From: the human T2T-CHM13v2.0 reference genome, Homo sapiens
Strand: one strand, 5' to 3'
Assembly: GCF_009914755.1 (NCBI RefSeq)
Contig: NC_060927.1
DNA length: 64,000 bases
The position numbers and the translations under genes are program-made. Under the pieces are notes generated by a model, which ran no database searches, had not been told where the DNA came from, and saw only the letters and a program-made list of their open reading frames with translations. Below are positions 11,170 through 25,049 of the stretch, in pieces (the first letter of the stretch is position 1; every line of letters begins with the position of its first letter).

Positions 11170-13812
11170 CCGCCTCCAGGTGTACTCTAACTTTCTCCAC
11201 CCTTTGAGGCTGTCCTGCATGGACAGCATCAGTGCACTCTTTTGCACTCTTCTGCTGGCTTTGGTCATTGGGAGCCAATAAACAATCTGAAGGCAGAATG
11301 AGTATAAGTTGGGAGGTATTATTTCCTGATGAGTTACCATGGATTGGCTATGACCCTCTACCAAACCTTCTGTGAGACAGCACTCTGCAGGTATGTGTTG
11401 TCCATTTTCATGTTGCTAATAAAGACATACCAGAAAGAGAGGTTTAACTGGACTTACAGTTCCACACGGCTCGGTAGGCCTCAGAATCATGGCAGGAGGC
11501 AAAAGGCACTTCTTACATGTTGGTGGCAAGAGAAAAATGAGGAAGAAGCAAAAGAGGAAACCCCTGATAAATCCGTCAGATCTCGTGAGACTTATTCACC
11601 ATCATGAGAATAGCACGGGAAAGACTGGGACCCATGATTCAGTTACCTCCCCCTGGGTCCCTCCCACAACATATGGGAATTCTGGGAGATAGAATTCAAC
11701 TTGAGATTTGGGTGGGGACACAGCAAAATCATATCATTCCAAACCTGGCCCCTCCAAATCTCATGTCCTCACATTTCGAAACCAATCATGCCTTCCCAAC
11801 AGTCCCCCAAAGTCTTAACTCATTTCAGCATTAACCTAAAAGTCCACAGCCAAAGTCTCATCTGAGACAAAGCAAGTGCCTTCTGCCTATGAACCTGTAA
11901 AATCAAAAGCAAGCTAGTTACTTCCTAGATACAATAGGGGTACAGGTATTAGATAAATACAGCCATTCCAAATGGGAGAAACTGGCCAAAACAAGGGATT
12001 ACAGGGCCCATGCAAGTCTGAAATCCAGCAGGGCAGTCAAATTTTATAGCTCCAAAATAATCTCCTTTGACTCCAGGTCTCACATCCAGGTCACACTGAT
12101 GCAAGTGGTTGGTTCTCATGGTCTTGAGCAGCCCCGTCTCTATGGCTTTCCAGGGTATAGCCCCCATCTTGGCTACTTTCATGGGCTGGCATTGAGTGTC
12201 TGCAGCTTTTCCAGGTGCATGGTGCAAGCGGTTGGTGGATATGCCATTCTCGGATCTGGAGGACAGTAACCCTCTTCTCACAGCTCCACTAGGCAGTGCA
12301 CCAGTAAGGACTCTGTGTGGGGCTCTGACCCCATATTTCCCTTCTGTACTGCCCTAGCAGAGGTTCTCCATGAGGGTACCACCCCTGCAGCAAACTTTTG
12401 CCTGGGCATCCAGGCGTTTCAATATATCTTCTGAAATCTAGCCGGATTCCCAAACCTCAATTCTGGACTTCTTTACACCTGCAGGCTTAACACCACATAG
12501 AAGCCCCTAAGGCTTGGGGCTTCCACCCTCTGAAGCCACAGCCTGAGCTCTACATTGGTCCCTATCAGCCATGGCTGGAGCAGCTGAGACAGAGGGCACC
12601 AAGTCCCTAGGGTGCCACAGCACGGGAACCCTGGGCCCGGCCCATGAAACCACATTTTCCTCCTGGGCCTCCAGGCCTGTGATGGGAGGGGCTGCTGTGA
12701 AGGTCTCTGACATGGCCTGGAAACATTTTCCTCATGATCTTGGGGATTAACATTAGGCTCCTTGCTACTTATGCAAATTTCTGCAGCCAGCTTGAATTTC
12801 TCATCAAAAAATGGGTTTTTCTTTTCGACTGCATCATCAGGCTGCAAATTTTCTGAACTTTTATGCACTGTTTCCCTTTGAAAATGGAATGCCTTTAACA
12901 GCACCCAAGTCACTCTTGAATGCTTCGCTGCTTAGAAATTTCTTCCACCAGATACCCTAAATCATCTCTCTCACGTTCAAAGTTCCACAAATCTCTATGG
13001 CAGGTGCAAAATGCCACCAGTTTCTTTGCTAAAACATAACGAGAGTCACCTTTGCTTCAGTTCCCAATGAGTTCCTCATCTCCATCTGAGACCACCTCAA
13101 CCTGGACCTTATTGTTCATATCACTATAAGCAATTTTTTTCAAAGCCATTCAACAAGTCTCTAGGAAGTTCCAAACTTTCCTACTTTTCTATATTCTTCT
13201 GAGCCCTCTAAACTGTTCCAACCTCTGCCTGTTACCCAGTTCCAAATTCACTTCCACATTTTTGGGTATATTTTCAGCAACGTCTCACTCTACTGGTACC
13301 AATTTACTGTATTAGCCAATTTTCACGCTGCTGATAAAGACATACCAGAGACCAGGAAGAAAAAGAGCTTTAATTGGACTTATGGTTCCACATGGCTGGG
13401 GAGGCCTCAGAATCATGGCGGGAGGTGAAAGGCACTTCTTACATGGTGGTGGCAAGAGAAAAATAAGGAAGAAGCAAAAGTGGAAACCCCTGATAAAACC
13501 ATCAGATCCATGAGACTTAATCACTATCACGAGAATAGCATGAGAAAGAACAGCCCCCATGATTCAATTACCTCCCCCTGGGTCCCTCCTATAACATGTG
13601 GGAATTCTGGGAGATAGAATTCAGCTTGAGATTTGGGTGGGGACACAGCCAAACCATATTAGTGTAGCTCAAAGATAACCATTCTTCTCCTTGCCCAGGA
13701 TATTGTGCAATCCCTTGGTTGCCTCAAACCCTTCCCAATCATTGTAAATAACCCCTCTATTAAAATGTTTTCCATTACACAGTTTCAGCACGCCATTTAT
13801 TTCTTGCTGGGT
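11170..13812 (+). mobile_element. LTR33-like ERVL solo LTR, interrupted by THE1A (pieces 11170-11393 and 13662-13812)
   Basis: ctttggtcattgggagcc...gaggtattatttcc // ttgtaaataacccctctattaaa...tttcagcacgccatttatttcttgc. Confidence 0.65.
11394..13661 (-). mobile_element. Full-length THE1A (ERVL-MaLR): 5'LTR 13661-13308, internal 13307-11737, 3'LTR 11736-11394
   Basis: Two ~350-bp direct LTRs (gaggaagaagcaaaag..gaaacccctgataaa; gggacacagccaaaccatat). On the minus strand the internal region starts gtaaattggtaccag and ends in a purine-rich tract before the 3'LTR. Confidence 0.95.
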
Positions 13813-14629
13813 GTGTAAAATAAACTTTTTAAATAAAAAAGCAGTTACTGCAACCTTGTAAATATAGCTCATGCTCTTTATCCTCTTACAAAAAAAAAAA
13901 AAATGGCATTCTCCTGTGTAAAGACACCACTGTAGTTCTTTTTTCATGTTGGCTCATGAAGCTGGCCATTATGCTGGTGAGTTGGCCAAATATGTTGTTA
14001 TTTGTAGCATCTTCTCTTCTTGACCTTTGGGATTAAACTGAGCCCAGGCACTTACCTAGCAATAGCTGCTACTCCTGTATGGTCAACTCTCACCACTTTC
14101 TTCCCTACACCATACACTCTAGCACTATGCAAGTATTCCTTTAAGATCTTCGAACATGCCAAACTCCCTTCAGAATCTGTGTCTTGAGCACTGTGCTATA
14201 GGTTGATGTTGCTTTGTAGGGCCCTGCCTGTTTATGTCTTTTACCAACCACAACCACTGAAAAGAAATTGTTGTGCCCCTTTTTCATATGCTTTTCAAGT
14301 TAAAAGCAATGCTCAATCATAAAAGACAAAACACATATTTGGAAGTTAGAACAGATTACTCTAGGGTTTTTGCTCCCATGTAAGCTCCCTGAAACTGAAC
14401 TTATTTTTGAGGTGACATTGCCTTGCTGCTGTAACTTAGCTAGTGGTTGGTTTGCCTACTCAGTCAGCCACCAACGTTCCTCTTTGTTCTTCAGGATTCT
14501 ACTCAGGTCCTGCCAATAGCTATTGCTAAGTGCTGAATTCCAGATGAAAAGCCCTGCTTTATGTGTACTTGCAACATACTGTGTAAACCCCCTCAGAGTC
14601 CCGAGCACACATTCCTGTAGTCACTGGGT

Positions 14630-15050
<421 letters not shown>

Positions 15051-15189
15051 ACTATATAATCTCACATTTCTCACATAGTGCTAGAAAAAGTAGATACTTA
15101 ATAAGTACTTGTTATAAGCTTAACCCTAGCATCCCTCTGCAGTGGGGTGCTATGTCATATATTTCCAAGAATATGTCTCATATGGCTTG

Positions 15190-15462
15190 GTGGTAACCAT
15201 GGTAAACTGCAGAGGCCCAAGTCATCTGTAAGGGGCAGTTGGGACTCAACTCCAGACATGTATTATCATTCAAGAATGTAGGGTTCGTGTTGCCAGATCT
15301 TCCTATGTTTGAAGAAAAGCCAAAAAGCTTGTTTTTTCCATGTTAAAATCTATTCATTTTAAAATGTAGCAATGAATTTAAATTATTATAAAATATTGTA
15401 TGAACCAAATGAAATATCTGCAAGTACAATGCAGCTGGCATGCTATCAGTTTAAGAACTCTG
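15190..15462. mobile_element. MER102 (hAT-Charlie)
   Basis: aaggggcag...ctcaactccag...gtgttgccagatcttcc...gaaccaaa...cagtttaagaactctg. Confidence 0.75.
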
Positions 15463-15814
15463 ACCCAAATCCCTGCTTAATAAAATGTACCCATAAAAGA
15501 AGGCACACTTAGTAAATATCAATACCCTGGACTAATAAGCTCTTTTAAAAACATCAGAAATATTTTCTTGGTACAGATTAAGAAAGGGCAGCAAGTTCTC
15601 CTATATTTATATTTTTAAAGAATGTTTTCTTATAGAAGTCCCAAAGAGCATGAGACAAAACTGCAAATTAGAAACAACTAATTAACTTGAAATGAGCAAA
15701 AGTGAATTCTACCGTGTTGAAAACTTATTGATCTCAATGATCCTACAGCTTTCAATTTGTGTAATGTAGTCTTCTACCTACGTGGGCATGGGAAGGCAAA
15801 GAATATGAGAGTAA

Positions 15815-15950
15815 GAGGACTTCCTCAAAGGTCATTTCTTAATCTCTTCATTTTACACCTGGGGAAATTAAAACTAAGAGAATAAAAGACTTGTCCATGG
15901 TCATATGATGGCAGAGCTGAAAACAAAACCTTCTCTGTGTTCCATTGCTT
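15815..15950 (-). mobile_element. MIR/MIR3
   Basis: ttcattttacacctggggaaattaaaac...gacttgtccatggtca...tggcagagctg. Confidence 0.65.
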
Positions 15951-16496
15951 CTTTCCACCACCCCCAAAATCCACTTGCTCCCACATGCCTCTCCTTTGGT
16001 TCAGACTGTTTGCATTCGAGGTGGATTTTGCTGTTCCACTCACATGTTTGGATTTGGCTGTCTGGACTGTCCCTTGCTTCCTGACCCTGCAGTACCCAGT
16101 AGCTCAATTCCTGCCACTCCCACACCAAGCTCTGGTTGCCAAAGCCTCAGCCTGGGACATGTGCCCAGATGAGCTCAGTCACCAGGAAGAAAGCATGACT
16201 CGATCAATGATGGCAAAGGTGGGGGTGAGGAGTGGAAATTTACCATCCCTGTACACGACAGAACATCTGATGCACTACTTTGACTCCTCCAAGGGTCTAA
16301 CTCACTCTCATATGTCTTGTCCTTAGAATAGTTACTCATTGGTTACAGGACTAATAATGACTGTAAAATTGGCTTACCTTTCTCAAAGGACAAAAACAGA
16401 ACAGATTTCAATGAGGACATACAACCTTATGTGATTTCACACTGGCAAAACAAAACTCTTGTTGAGAAATTTGTCCTTATCATGCAATCAGCTTTT

Positions 16497-16559
16497 TTTT
16501 TTTCCTAATAGCTTGATTGAGATACAGTTCACATATCATACAAATCATCCCTTTAAAGA
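16497..16559 (-). mobile_element. Tiny L1M 3'-terminal insertion
   Basis: tttt..aatagcttgattgagatacagttcacatatcatacaaatcatccctttaaag. TSD caatca(g/a)ctttt at 16485-16496 and 16560-16571. Confidence 0.75.
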
Positions 16560-17017
16560 CAATCAACTTTTGACAGCTCACGTGACATTTTTACACTGGG
16601 ATCAATGAAGAACCATATATTTCTCCAAAAAAAAGTACATCTTTTGGTAAAAACTACAGTGATGCCAGGAATTAATTTTGCACAAGTTGTAGCATACTTA
16701 CAATTTGAGGAGACAAAAGTGAAAATTGTAAGAGCTTTTCCTAAGTTGTAGCTGGCCCCTTAACTAGAGGCAGAAACTGGGGCTTAGGAAACATGTTCTC
16801 AAACTCATGTCTACTTTATAATGCTACCATCAGAAGTGATCAAGGACCAGGATGGTTTATTGCCATTATTAATCTTCTTAGGTAGAAAAGAGTCAGTTAT
16901 AGTTAAGACCAATACCCAGAAATGCATTACTTTGCATGCACCATGTACATGAAGGCATCTGTTAAGGTAACAGAGCACCACATCACCTAACATTCCACTT
17001 CTGAGAGAGCAGCATTT

Positions 17018-17040
17018 AGATAGACACAAAGATAATAGAT

Positions 17041-17081
<41 letters not shown>

Positions 17082-17100
17082 ATAGATTAGACAGATAAAT
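17018..17100. repeat. (GATA)n tetranucleotide STR, 10 perfect units at 17041-17080
   Basis: Direct read. Confidence 0.97.
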
Positions 17101-18149
17101 TCTAATCACAGAGACAAATCAGGTTTAGGAAAAGGACAGATTATTTTCTTCCTCCTTCTTCAAGTAGCTGCCTCAGCCTTCATCCCTCTGTATGCGTAGA
17201 TACATCTACGGGAACAATTTGAAATGCTTGATGAAGTTTAAGTTCAAAGGCTTTCAGTAGCTTACCTTTAATAAAACCCAGATGTGATTCAAATTTGAGT
17301 GGGCTTTACTTGCCAAGAATATTTGTTATTTTTTTTTAATTGAGCAAGCTGATGAAATGAATCACACTGCCAGGAGAAAAGGATGCTTAGTTAAATAGTT
17401 ATTATTCTTTTTTAATAACTCCTATTTAGATTGGCTTCATTTTGTGACTTACAAATCACATCATCTTTATTAAAGGCACTTAAAATATTCAACATGAAAT
17501 GATATTCAGAATGCTTGATTTACTATAAATTGTGCACAGGTGTGGGATTGTTTACAGTCCTTTGGTACAGTAGGAAGTCAAGCTTTCATTTATATTTCAT
17601 GGTGCAGTAAGCACCGTTTAACTTTGAAGTGTTAGGATCATTACCAGGAGGCTTAAAATTCGAAGCAATTGTCAATGCAGATCAAATTTTAGACAGAACC
17701 CCCATCCTGATATCTCCTTTAATGACATTGTGAGTGCTTCTTTGTTAGAATCTTGAAAGGGAACGAAAGACCTCTACATATAGAAAATGTTTAAACCCAT
17801 AAATGCTCTAAGGAGAAAAAATGTTGCAGATTACAGCAGTGTATGCTAATATGAGCAAAACCTGAAATGGGCTCTCCTGAGATGGCAGCATTTGGAAAGG
17901 GCATGGTCAATTCGAATATAGATATAAATTTATACTGAAAGTGAGATCACTTGAGAATGTACCAGTTTCTTTAATGCTCTTGGTTAATATTTCCAATTAG
18001 TAATATCTATTCCCTTGATCGGTCTTCAAAGATGGGAAAAATACAAACTGTAGAAGATGAAAGATCTGTTCTTTTAAAATTTTAGAAGATGAGAAGTGAG
18101 TAAGCAGGATTATACGTGTGCATCTGTGCTTAGTGACCTGAAGTCACTT

Positions 18150-18333
18150 AGTGGTGATGCGGAAGGAGCTCTGAGCTGGGAACAGACAGCTGGATGTTTT
18201 AGTCCTGGGTCCGGCACTACGGGCATGTAGGACTTTGGAAAGTAACAATCTCTATGTGACTCAGTTTCCTCATCTGTCAAAGAAGCAGCTAGAAATGATA
18301 TCTTCATTTCCTTTTTGCTCCAAATCTCCATGA
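18150..18333 (+). mobile_element. MIR/MIR3
   Basis: ctcagtttcctcatctgtcaaa core. Confidence 0.75.
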
Positions 18334-18464
18334 CAAGCCAAGTTCTAATATTAGGTCAAAGATCCTAAGCATCAGTTTAAATTTGTTGGTGCTTATAAGG
18401 AAAAAAGTAAAAGGAAATCAGTCTTTCTGGGTTAATTTTAGCTACTGTTACTCAAATGGGCAGC

Positions 18465-18690
18465 AGCAGTAACTGCTAAGAACTTATTATGTTCTAGGCC
18501 TTGGGCTGGGAACTCTGCAAGCAGTATTTCATGTAACGCTTACAGCAACACAATGAGGGTGGTGTTATTTGCTCTCAGCTAGAGTAAAGTAACTTACCCA
18601 AGATGGCACAGCTCTTAAGCGGAAGAAATAGGATTTAAACTCAGGTAAACTCAGTTACTCTTGCCTAATGCCACTGCTCTGAACTGTTAT
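18465..18690 (-). mobile_element. MIR
   Basis: aagtaacttacccaagatggcacagct...ggatttaaactcagg. Confidence 0.7.
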
Positions 18691-19072
18691 TCCCTCCTCC
18701 TATAATTTATGATTCCTGAATGTTCCAGTCTACTTATTGGCTTCTCCTGACCCATGGACATTCCTCACCCAAGTCCCAAAATGTGGAAATAAATTTGAAA
18801 TTACTCTATTACATTACTAAATTTTAAAAGATGCTTTCACTCCTTATCATTTTCTATGTTTTTACAGATTTTTTGTATTCAATGTTAAAAATTATTTTAT
18901 TACAGCTTGGTTTGATTCTCCCCTCATTCTAATATTTTTATTTTGTCATCAACTTTCATAAAGCAATACATTTAGTTTTCTAAGAATTTCAACAGATTTG
19001 CATCAGTAGACTTTGTTGGTTATTTTTCCTTTCTAAATCTGTTTAATTAAGCCAATAATTAAAGCATCCGAA

Positions 19073-19112
19073 GTGTGTGTGGGCGTGCACACACACACAC
19101 ACACACACACAC
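19073..19112. repeat. (GT)4 / (CA)~13 microsatellite
   Basis: gtgtgtgtgggcgtgcacacacacac... Confidence 0.95.
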
Positions 19113-19711
19113 TAACAACAACAATAATATACTGATCTTAATGTCCTTACTAAAACTTAACTATCATAAGGCAGTTTCTCCTTAAAGGCAAAGGTTTGTT
19201 TCGAAAGCTTCCATGGTAGAAGAAGCCACAGTGAGAGATTTAGGAACACATGGGTAGATTGGAACTTAGGTTGTAATTAAAACTCTCACAGGCTCAATAC
19301 TTCCTCTCATATTTCTTAAAATAAAATGCACAAACCACAAATATGGTGCTGTCAGTAACATATTATATATTTTACATGAGTATTAGTGGATACCATAATG
19401 TTTATTTCCATTTTCCATCTCCTTCAGGATCTCACGTTCCTTTCAGAAACAATGATACACATAAATTCACTGTGCTTTGATGAAGCAGTGTACTCAAAGG
19501 CAGATATATTGTGTTTTCTATGCTAATCTTCCTTCCAAACATTCAATGACTTTCTAATTTTTCGAGCCAGAGTTGTCTGTACCTGCTTTTTACTAATAAT
19601 TTAGTCCCCATGAGTTTCCAGAAACCCTCTCTAACCCTAAGGTGACTGACCATACTCTTAACAGAAGCAGGGGTTCTCTCAGGCAACTTCATACCTCCTG
19701 AGGCTTCTATG

Positions 19712-19738
19712 AAAACAAAACAAAACAAAACAAAACAA
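19712..19738. repeat. (AAAAC)n
   Basis: Direct read. Confidence 0.9.
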
Positions 19739-19959
19739 GACTCACCTTTTTCTTTAGCCTCCTTGTCTACTCTTAAAGCATCAATTTCCCAAGTCTTTTC
19801 AATAGAAGTGACTCTTGAATGATATTAGAACTAAACACCTCAAGGTTAAATAAACTATAAGAGAAAAACATCACATACTAGTTTTAGCAGAAGAAAAGTC
19901 ATAGATAAGAGGGACGCCTCTATATGTTTTTTCAATATTTATTGTAAAAGTAAATTCAA

Positions 19960-20530
19960 TAGTTTTCCAGTTTTGTATAAAGTTAGATATACACTTAATA
20001 TATGACTCAGCTGTCCCACTCCTAGGTGTCTTCCCAAGAAAAGTAAAAACTTTACGAAAAACCTATTTGAAGATGTATACGGTGCACTCTTTATAATCAC
20101 CAAAAACTGGAAACAAACTGTCCTTCAATGAAGTGAACAGATTGACAAGCTACGGCACACCCATACATGGAATTCTTCTTAGCAATAAAAAGGAACGAGT
20201 TATTGATACACAAAACATGGATGAATCTCAAGGGCTTTGGGATGATTGAGATGAGCCAGTTTCAAAAGACTACATACTCTATCATGGCTTCAATTACACG
20301 ACCTTTTAGAAAAGGTAAAACTACAGAAACAGATATCAGACAAGCGCTTTCAGGAGTTGGGTATGGGGGTATGGTTTAGAATAAAAGACATGAAGGAGTT
20401 TGGGGGAGAAAATGGAACAGTTTCATATTTTGATTGATGTGGTAGTGGTTACATAGACTGCATGCATTTGTCAAAATTTATAGGACTAAAGATCAAAAGG
20501 AGTAATTTACACTTTTACGAAAATAAATAG
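19960..20530 (+). mobile_element. L1ME/L1MD-type 3' fragment
   Basis: tatgactcagctgtcccactcctagg...aaaactggaaacaa...gcaataaaaaggaacgag...catggatgaatctca...ggtagtggttacat...catttgtcaaaa. Confidence 0.85.
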
Positions 20531-20904
20531 ATAGATACTTGCTTTTTTAGTAAATTGGCTCTGCAAGACCCAGTGATCTGGTGAGACTGGGGTAGGGTGA
20601 TATGGTTAAGATTACCTGTGTAATTCCTAAAACCCAATTTATTTTTTATAAAGTTCAACTGTATGGCTTTTTCTGAATTCCTTAAGGTGCACTGGCTTCT
20701 TTTTGTGTTTTTCATAATCCTCCATAACCTGAGAATCATTCGATGCCACAATGCATATTGGTGAGCAGTGCCCAATCTGTACTACATTTTAAATTAGTAT
20801 GTTACAGTCCTCGCATTTTCTCAGCTTTGATGCTCAGTTGTTTTTACTTATACTCATGCATGTTTGGGACAAGATATCTTAAACCATAGACAAAAAAGGA
20901 TCTG

Positions 20905-21120
20905 TGATAATTCTGCAGACTTTTAGTGTTGGAAGCAATATTTAAGGTCTTTGAAGCATGAATGCTTGAACATCTCCATGTAATGTTTTCTCCAAAGAAG
21001 TTATGTAACCTCTCATTGAATACTTCTAGGGTGGGGGAATGCATTACTACATGAGCTAGGCTGATTAACTGATCCACAGCCTTGATGTTAAGAAGTTCTT
21101 CTTAGAATTCAGCCATCACT
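20905..21120 (-). mobile_element. L3/CR1 3' fragment
   Basis: tagtgttggaag...ttgaatacttctagggtggggga...actac...acagccttgatgttaagaagttcttctta. Confidence 0.65.
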
Positions 21121-21262
21121 AACTCATGACCATAATAATAAAGTCACTTTTCTAATCTAAATGCTCTCTGCTTTTCCCCATTCCTTCCTCTATCATAGCG
21201 ATGTGACTTTTGTCTTTGAGCAACTTAAACCTCTCTAGGTCTTAATTTCCTTATCCCTCTAA

Positions 21263-21575
<313 letters not shown>

Positions 21576-24500
21576 GCCAAAAGTTTCATATAAATTAAAT
21601 ACGTAATCTTTTTCCCCTAAATTGATTTCAAAATTTCTAATATTCTATTAATAAGTTTGTAAAGATTGGAGAAATCATTCAGAAATTTAGAAATGATTCA
21701 CCTCACTCACTTCAACACATTTTTTAAAAACGACAGTAATTAAACGACAATTCTGTTAAAAGTAATCCAGTTCAGATAGCCCCAGAACCCATACATCATT
21801 GACATGCAGTCTGTTGCTATCTTATAGAGAAAACAGACAGAAATTCCACATCTCCCATCCCCAAAAACACTCACTCATTCTGCCTCTTCAAATTTTAAAA
21901 TGCATCCAAGTAATATGGATGTTTATTTTTATTTTTACTGACATATGCATCTCCAAAGATATTAACAGGAAATAAACAGCAACATCTAATGCTAAGCCCT
22001 ATTTCCTCCAAGAGCTGTGGGAAAGAATTCTGAGATATAGTGAGATGGACTGAGGAAGGAATTCCATCTGGTAACCCATTTTTCTACCTTTTTCATATCA
22101 TTAGGTGTGACAATCCTACAGAATACAAGTATGGAATTATAGGCCAAACAACTGCTTTCTTAAAAAACACACAATTATGTAAATGTCACTTTGCTAATTA
22201 TAATCTTCCATAATATCCTATAGCTGATTATAACAATACTATCTAATTATTTATTTGGTGAAGGATTTGAAACCTTTTTAAAAGGTGTACCCCACAATTT
22301 CTGGCCTCTTCTGCTACCAGCTACCACCACAGCCCTTTCCCCTCGATGGCAATAGTCAGGTAATGATTCCCCAAACTTGCTCTTTCCCACCTTTGCACCT
22401 CCCTTTACTATGGTCTTTCTGCCCTAAAACATCCTTCCTTCTTGAAAACCATTATGTATCTCTGCAATCCTTCTCTCTCTCCATTGTACACGTCTACTTC
22501 TAAGCCATCACAGTAGGAATCTGAGACCCATGTTACAGAGCAGGATCTCTGCCCATTTAAGCCAGGTGCCTTGCATTCCTTATTCTCCAGTGAACACCTG
22601 CCCCACCCACCCTAGCATAGCCCATTGGCTGATTGAACTCACGGTCTCTTCTCTTACTTCATTATGTGGAATGTCACTTCCATCCCTACATTTGAACAAT
22701 GTTTCTACAATCTGTAACATCTTTGTATACCTTCAAGAGGTTTAAGCCATTATCAAATTTATTTTAAATAATAGAAAAGTAAACTTTTTTTAAAAAAAGT
22801 CTGTCACTTGTAACACCGCTGTAAAATGACTTGAGAAATTTCACTGTCTATATATATTGATTTCTAATGTGAAAGTTTCATGCAGAAAAAAATGAGAATC
22901 GTTCCTATGAAGAACATCCCAGTTTGCAAATATATATGCACTTGAAAACGGGTTTTTACTATTGTCTGAATACATAAAACCTGTTGGTTGCCTTTATCTA
23001 CTCTGAGCAAATACAGTTCTCTCTACTCTATCAAGAGTAATTTATTTCTTAAATCTACCACAAGCTTTCTGCCTTTACTGTCAGTGAATTAATTCCTTCT
23101 CCATTTATCCCCTGAAATATTGCAACAGACTCCTAACTGGCTTTAATGCTTTCAGTCTCAACCCATCACACACACAAATACACATGCACAAACACTATTT
23201 CCAACTTGCCAGTGGTGCCACTTTTTTGGACATAAGAATCACTCTTCGGTGTAAAAATAATTTTCTTTCACTTGCCCACTATGCCAACTTGGCCATCCTT
23301 GGAGCCACTGATGAAGAAGGCCAAGAGAATACCCTATGCACTTAAATTAAGATGGCTCCTCTGTTTCCATTTTCAGAAGCCAAGGGCACACCCACACATG
23401 TGGAGTTAAGAATACCTGCTCACCAACCTCAAAGGAAGTGCAAAGAACAAGAAGAGCCAGCAGTGTACAAGCGAAGTTCCAAACTATAAAAAGAAGACTG
23501 CCCATCGGCAGACCTGCACTTGTCCATAGCAGAAGTAAATTGAGAGCCCAAACTTGAGTGCTCTGCAATCTTCTTCAATGATGTTTCTTTTCACCATCTT
23601 GGTGCTGAGGGCACTGCACCCCCTGTAATCTGTCATGTGGTGTCTGTTTTCTCTTCCACCCTCCTGATACCACTGGGCATAGAGGTGGGGTATACATTCT
23701 AAGTGCTCTTCATCACCATCTCCAGGCTGGTCTCCTTCCCTCCTTCTCTCTCCTAGCTTCAAATTTCATATCCTCCAAACAATCACTACCTTCCATTGCC
23801 ACTGTCATTGCTGACCTGGGGCTACTCTCTTCTTGATGGTTATAGCACTTCGTTCCCTATCACTGTCTCCTACACTACAACTGACATAATTTTTAGTGAT
23901 TTTGATATACCCATAGTCCATATGTCCAGTTCACTGGAGTATCTGATCCTTAGCCTCCTCTTCTCCAAAAATCTTGTCTTCCACCCTACCCATACCACCC
24001 AGTCCCACAGTCAGAGACTGCACTTTGTCATTACCAATAACTGCAACTTTACTAGAATCTCAGTTTCAAACATCCTATTCTTCAAACACCACCTTTTTTA
24101 AAGTTTACATGTCACTCTCCTTTTACATCAACTGAGTCTTTCAACCCTGGGACCCAAAGTCTATGGATCCTACCACCTTTTCAGCCCTTTACCCTGTTCC
24201 TGATCTTCTCTCTACCCAGCTTAAGCCTTTGGTCAATCAATATAATAACACCCACGCACACATCCTCAACCCTCTAACACTTTATTGGTTCTTTGCTCCC
24301 TTGGCTAAATGAAATTCTGCTTAAATTTAAATCTGTGCCTACTCCTGCCTTCACCCATACAGCTGATTTGGTGAGAGAAGATATTAACTGTGCCCATAAT
24401 AACTGCTCTCAATTAAAACCCATGATCATTAACAGTAAGTGGGCCTTACCGGCAGACCTTCCTGCTGTCCAGTAAACAAACTACCTTTCCTGACACTTAC

Positions 24501-25049
24501 TGAGCACATTCATTCACTTTCCTGCTTCCCTAGACTAAGTTATTTCATAAGTCTTTTATGTTTCAGTTTTCTCATGAAACCTCCAACACCTCTTTCCCCA
24601 TCCACTTCTGAGCCTCACTAAAACGTCACTAAAGGCTCACTTCTGAGCCTCACTAAAGAATGGAAACAACAGAAGATAAGTATCATACATTCCCATATTC
24701 TTATCTGTGCCTACCTACTCTACCACTCCCACTTTTTATGGATGAACAATATTCCAAGCTAAGGCCAATCTCTCCTCTTGATTCCTGCCCTGAAGCCTGA
24801 ACACAGACACCACTCTTCTACTCCTCTCTTTCTCGTTTGCATCATAAGTTTTTCCTCCTTACTGTGTCCTATTAATTTTCCAACATGTATTATTTCTCCA
24901 ATCTTCAAAAACAAAAACAAACAAAGCAATTTTCCTGATCCTATATCCATCTCCAGCTAACACTTCATTCTCACCTTCCCTTTACAGCAAAGCTCCATGA
25001 GAGGGTTATCTATAATTTCTGTCTCCAAAATCCCTGTTCCTACTCTCTC

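Noticed and set aside
11949-12913. ORFs in THE1 internal region
   Set aside because: Short broken remnants of the MaLR internal sequence with no intact gene.
23345-23600. Possible processed pseudogene fragment
   Set aside because: No recognisable protein, poly(A) tail or TSD.
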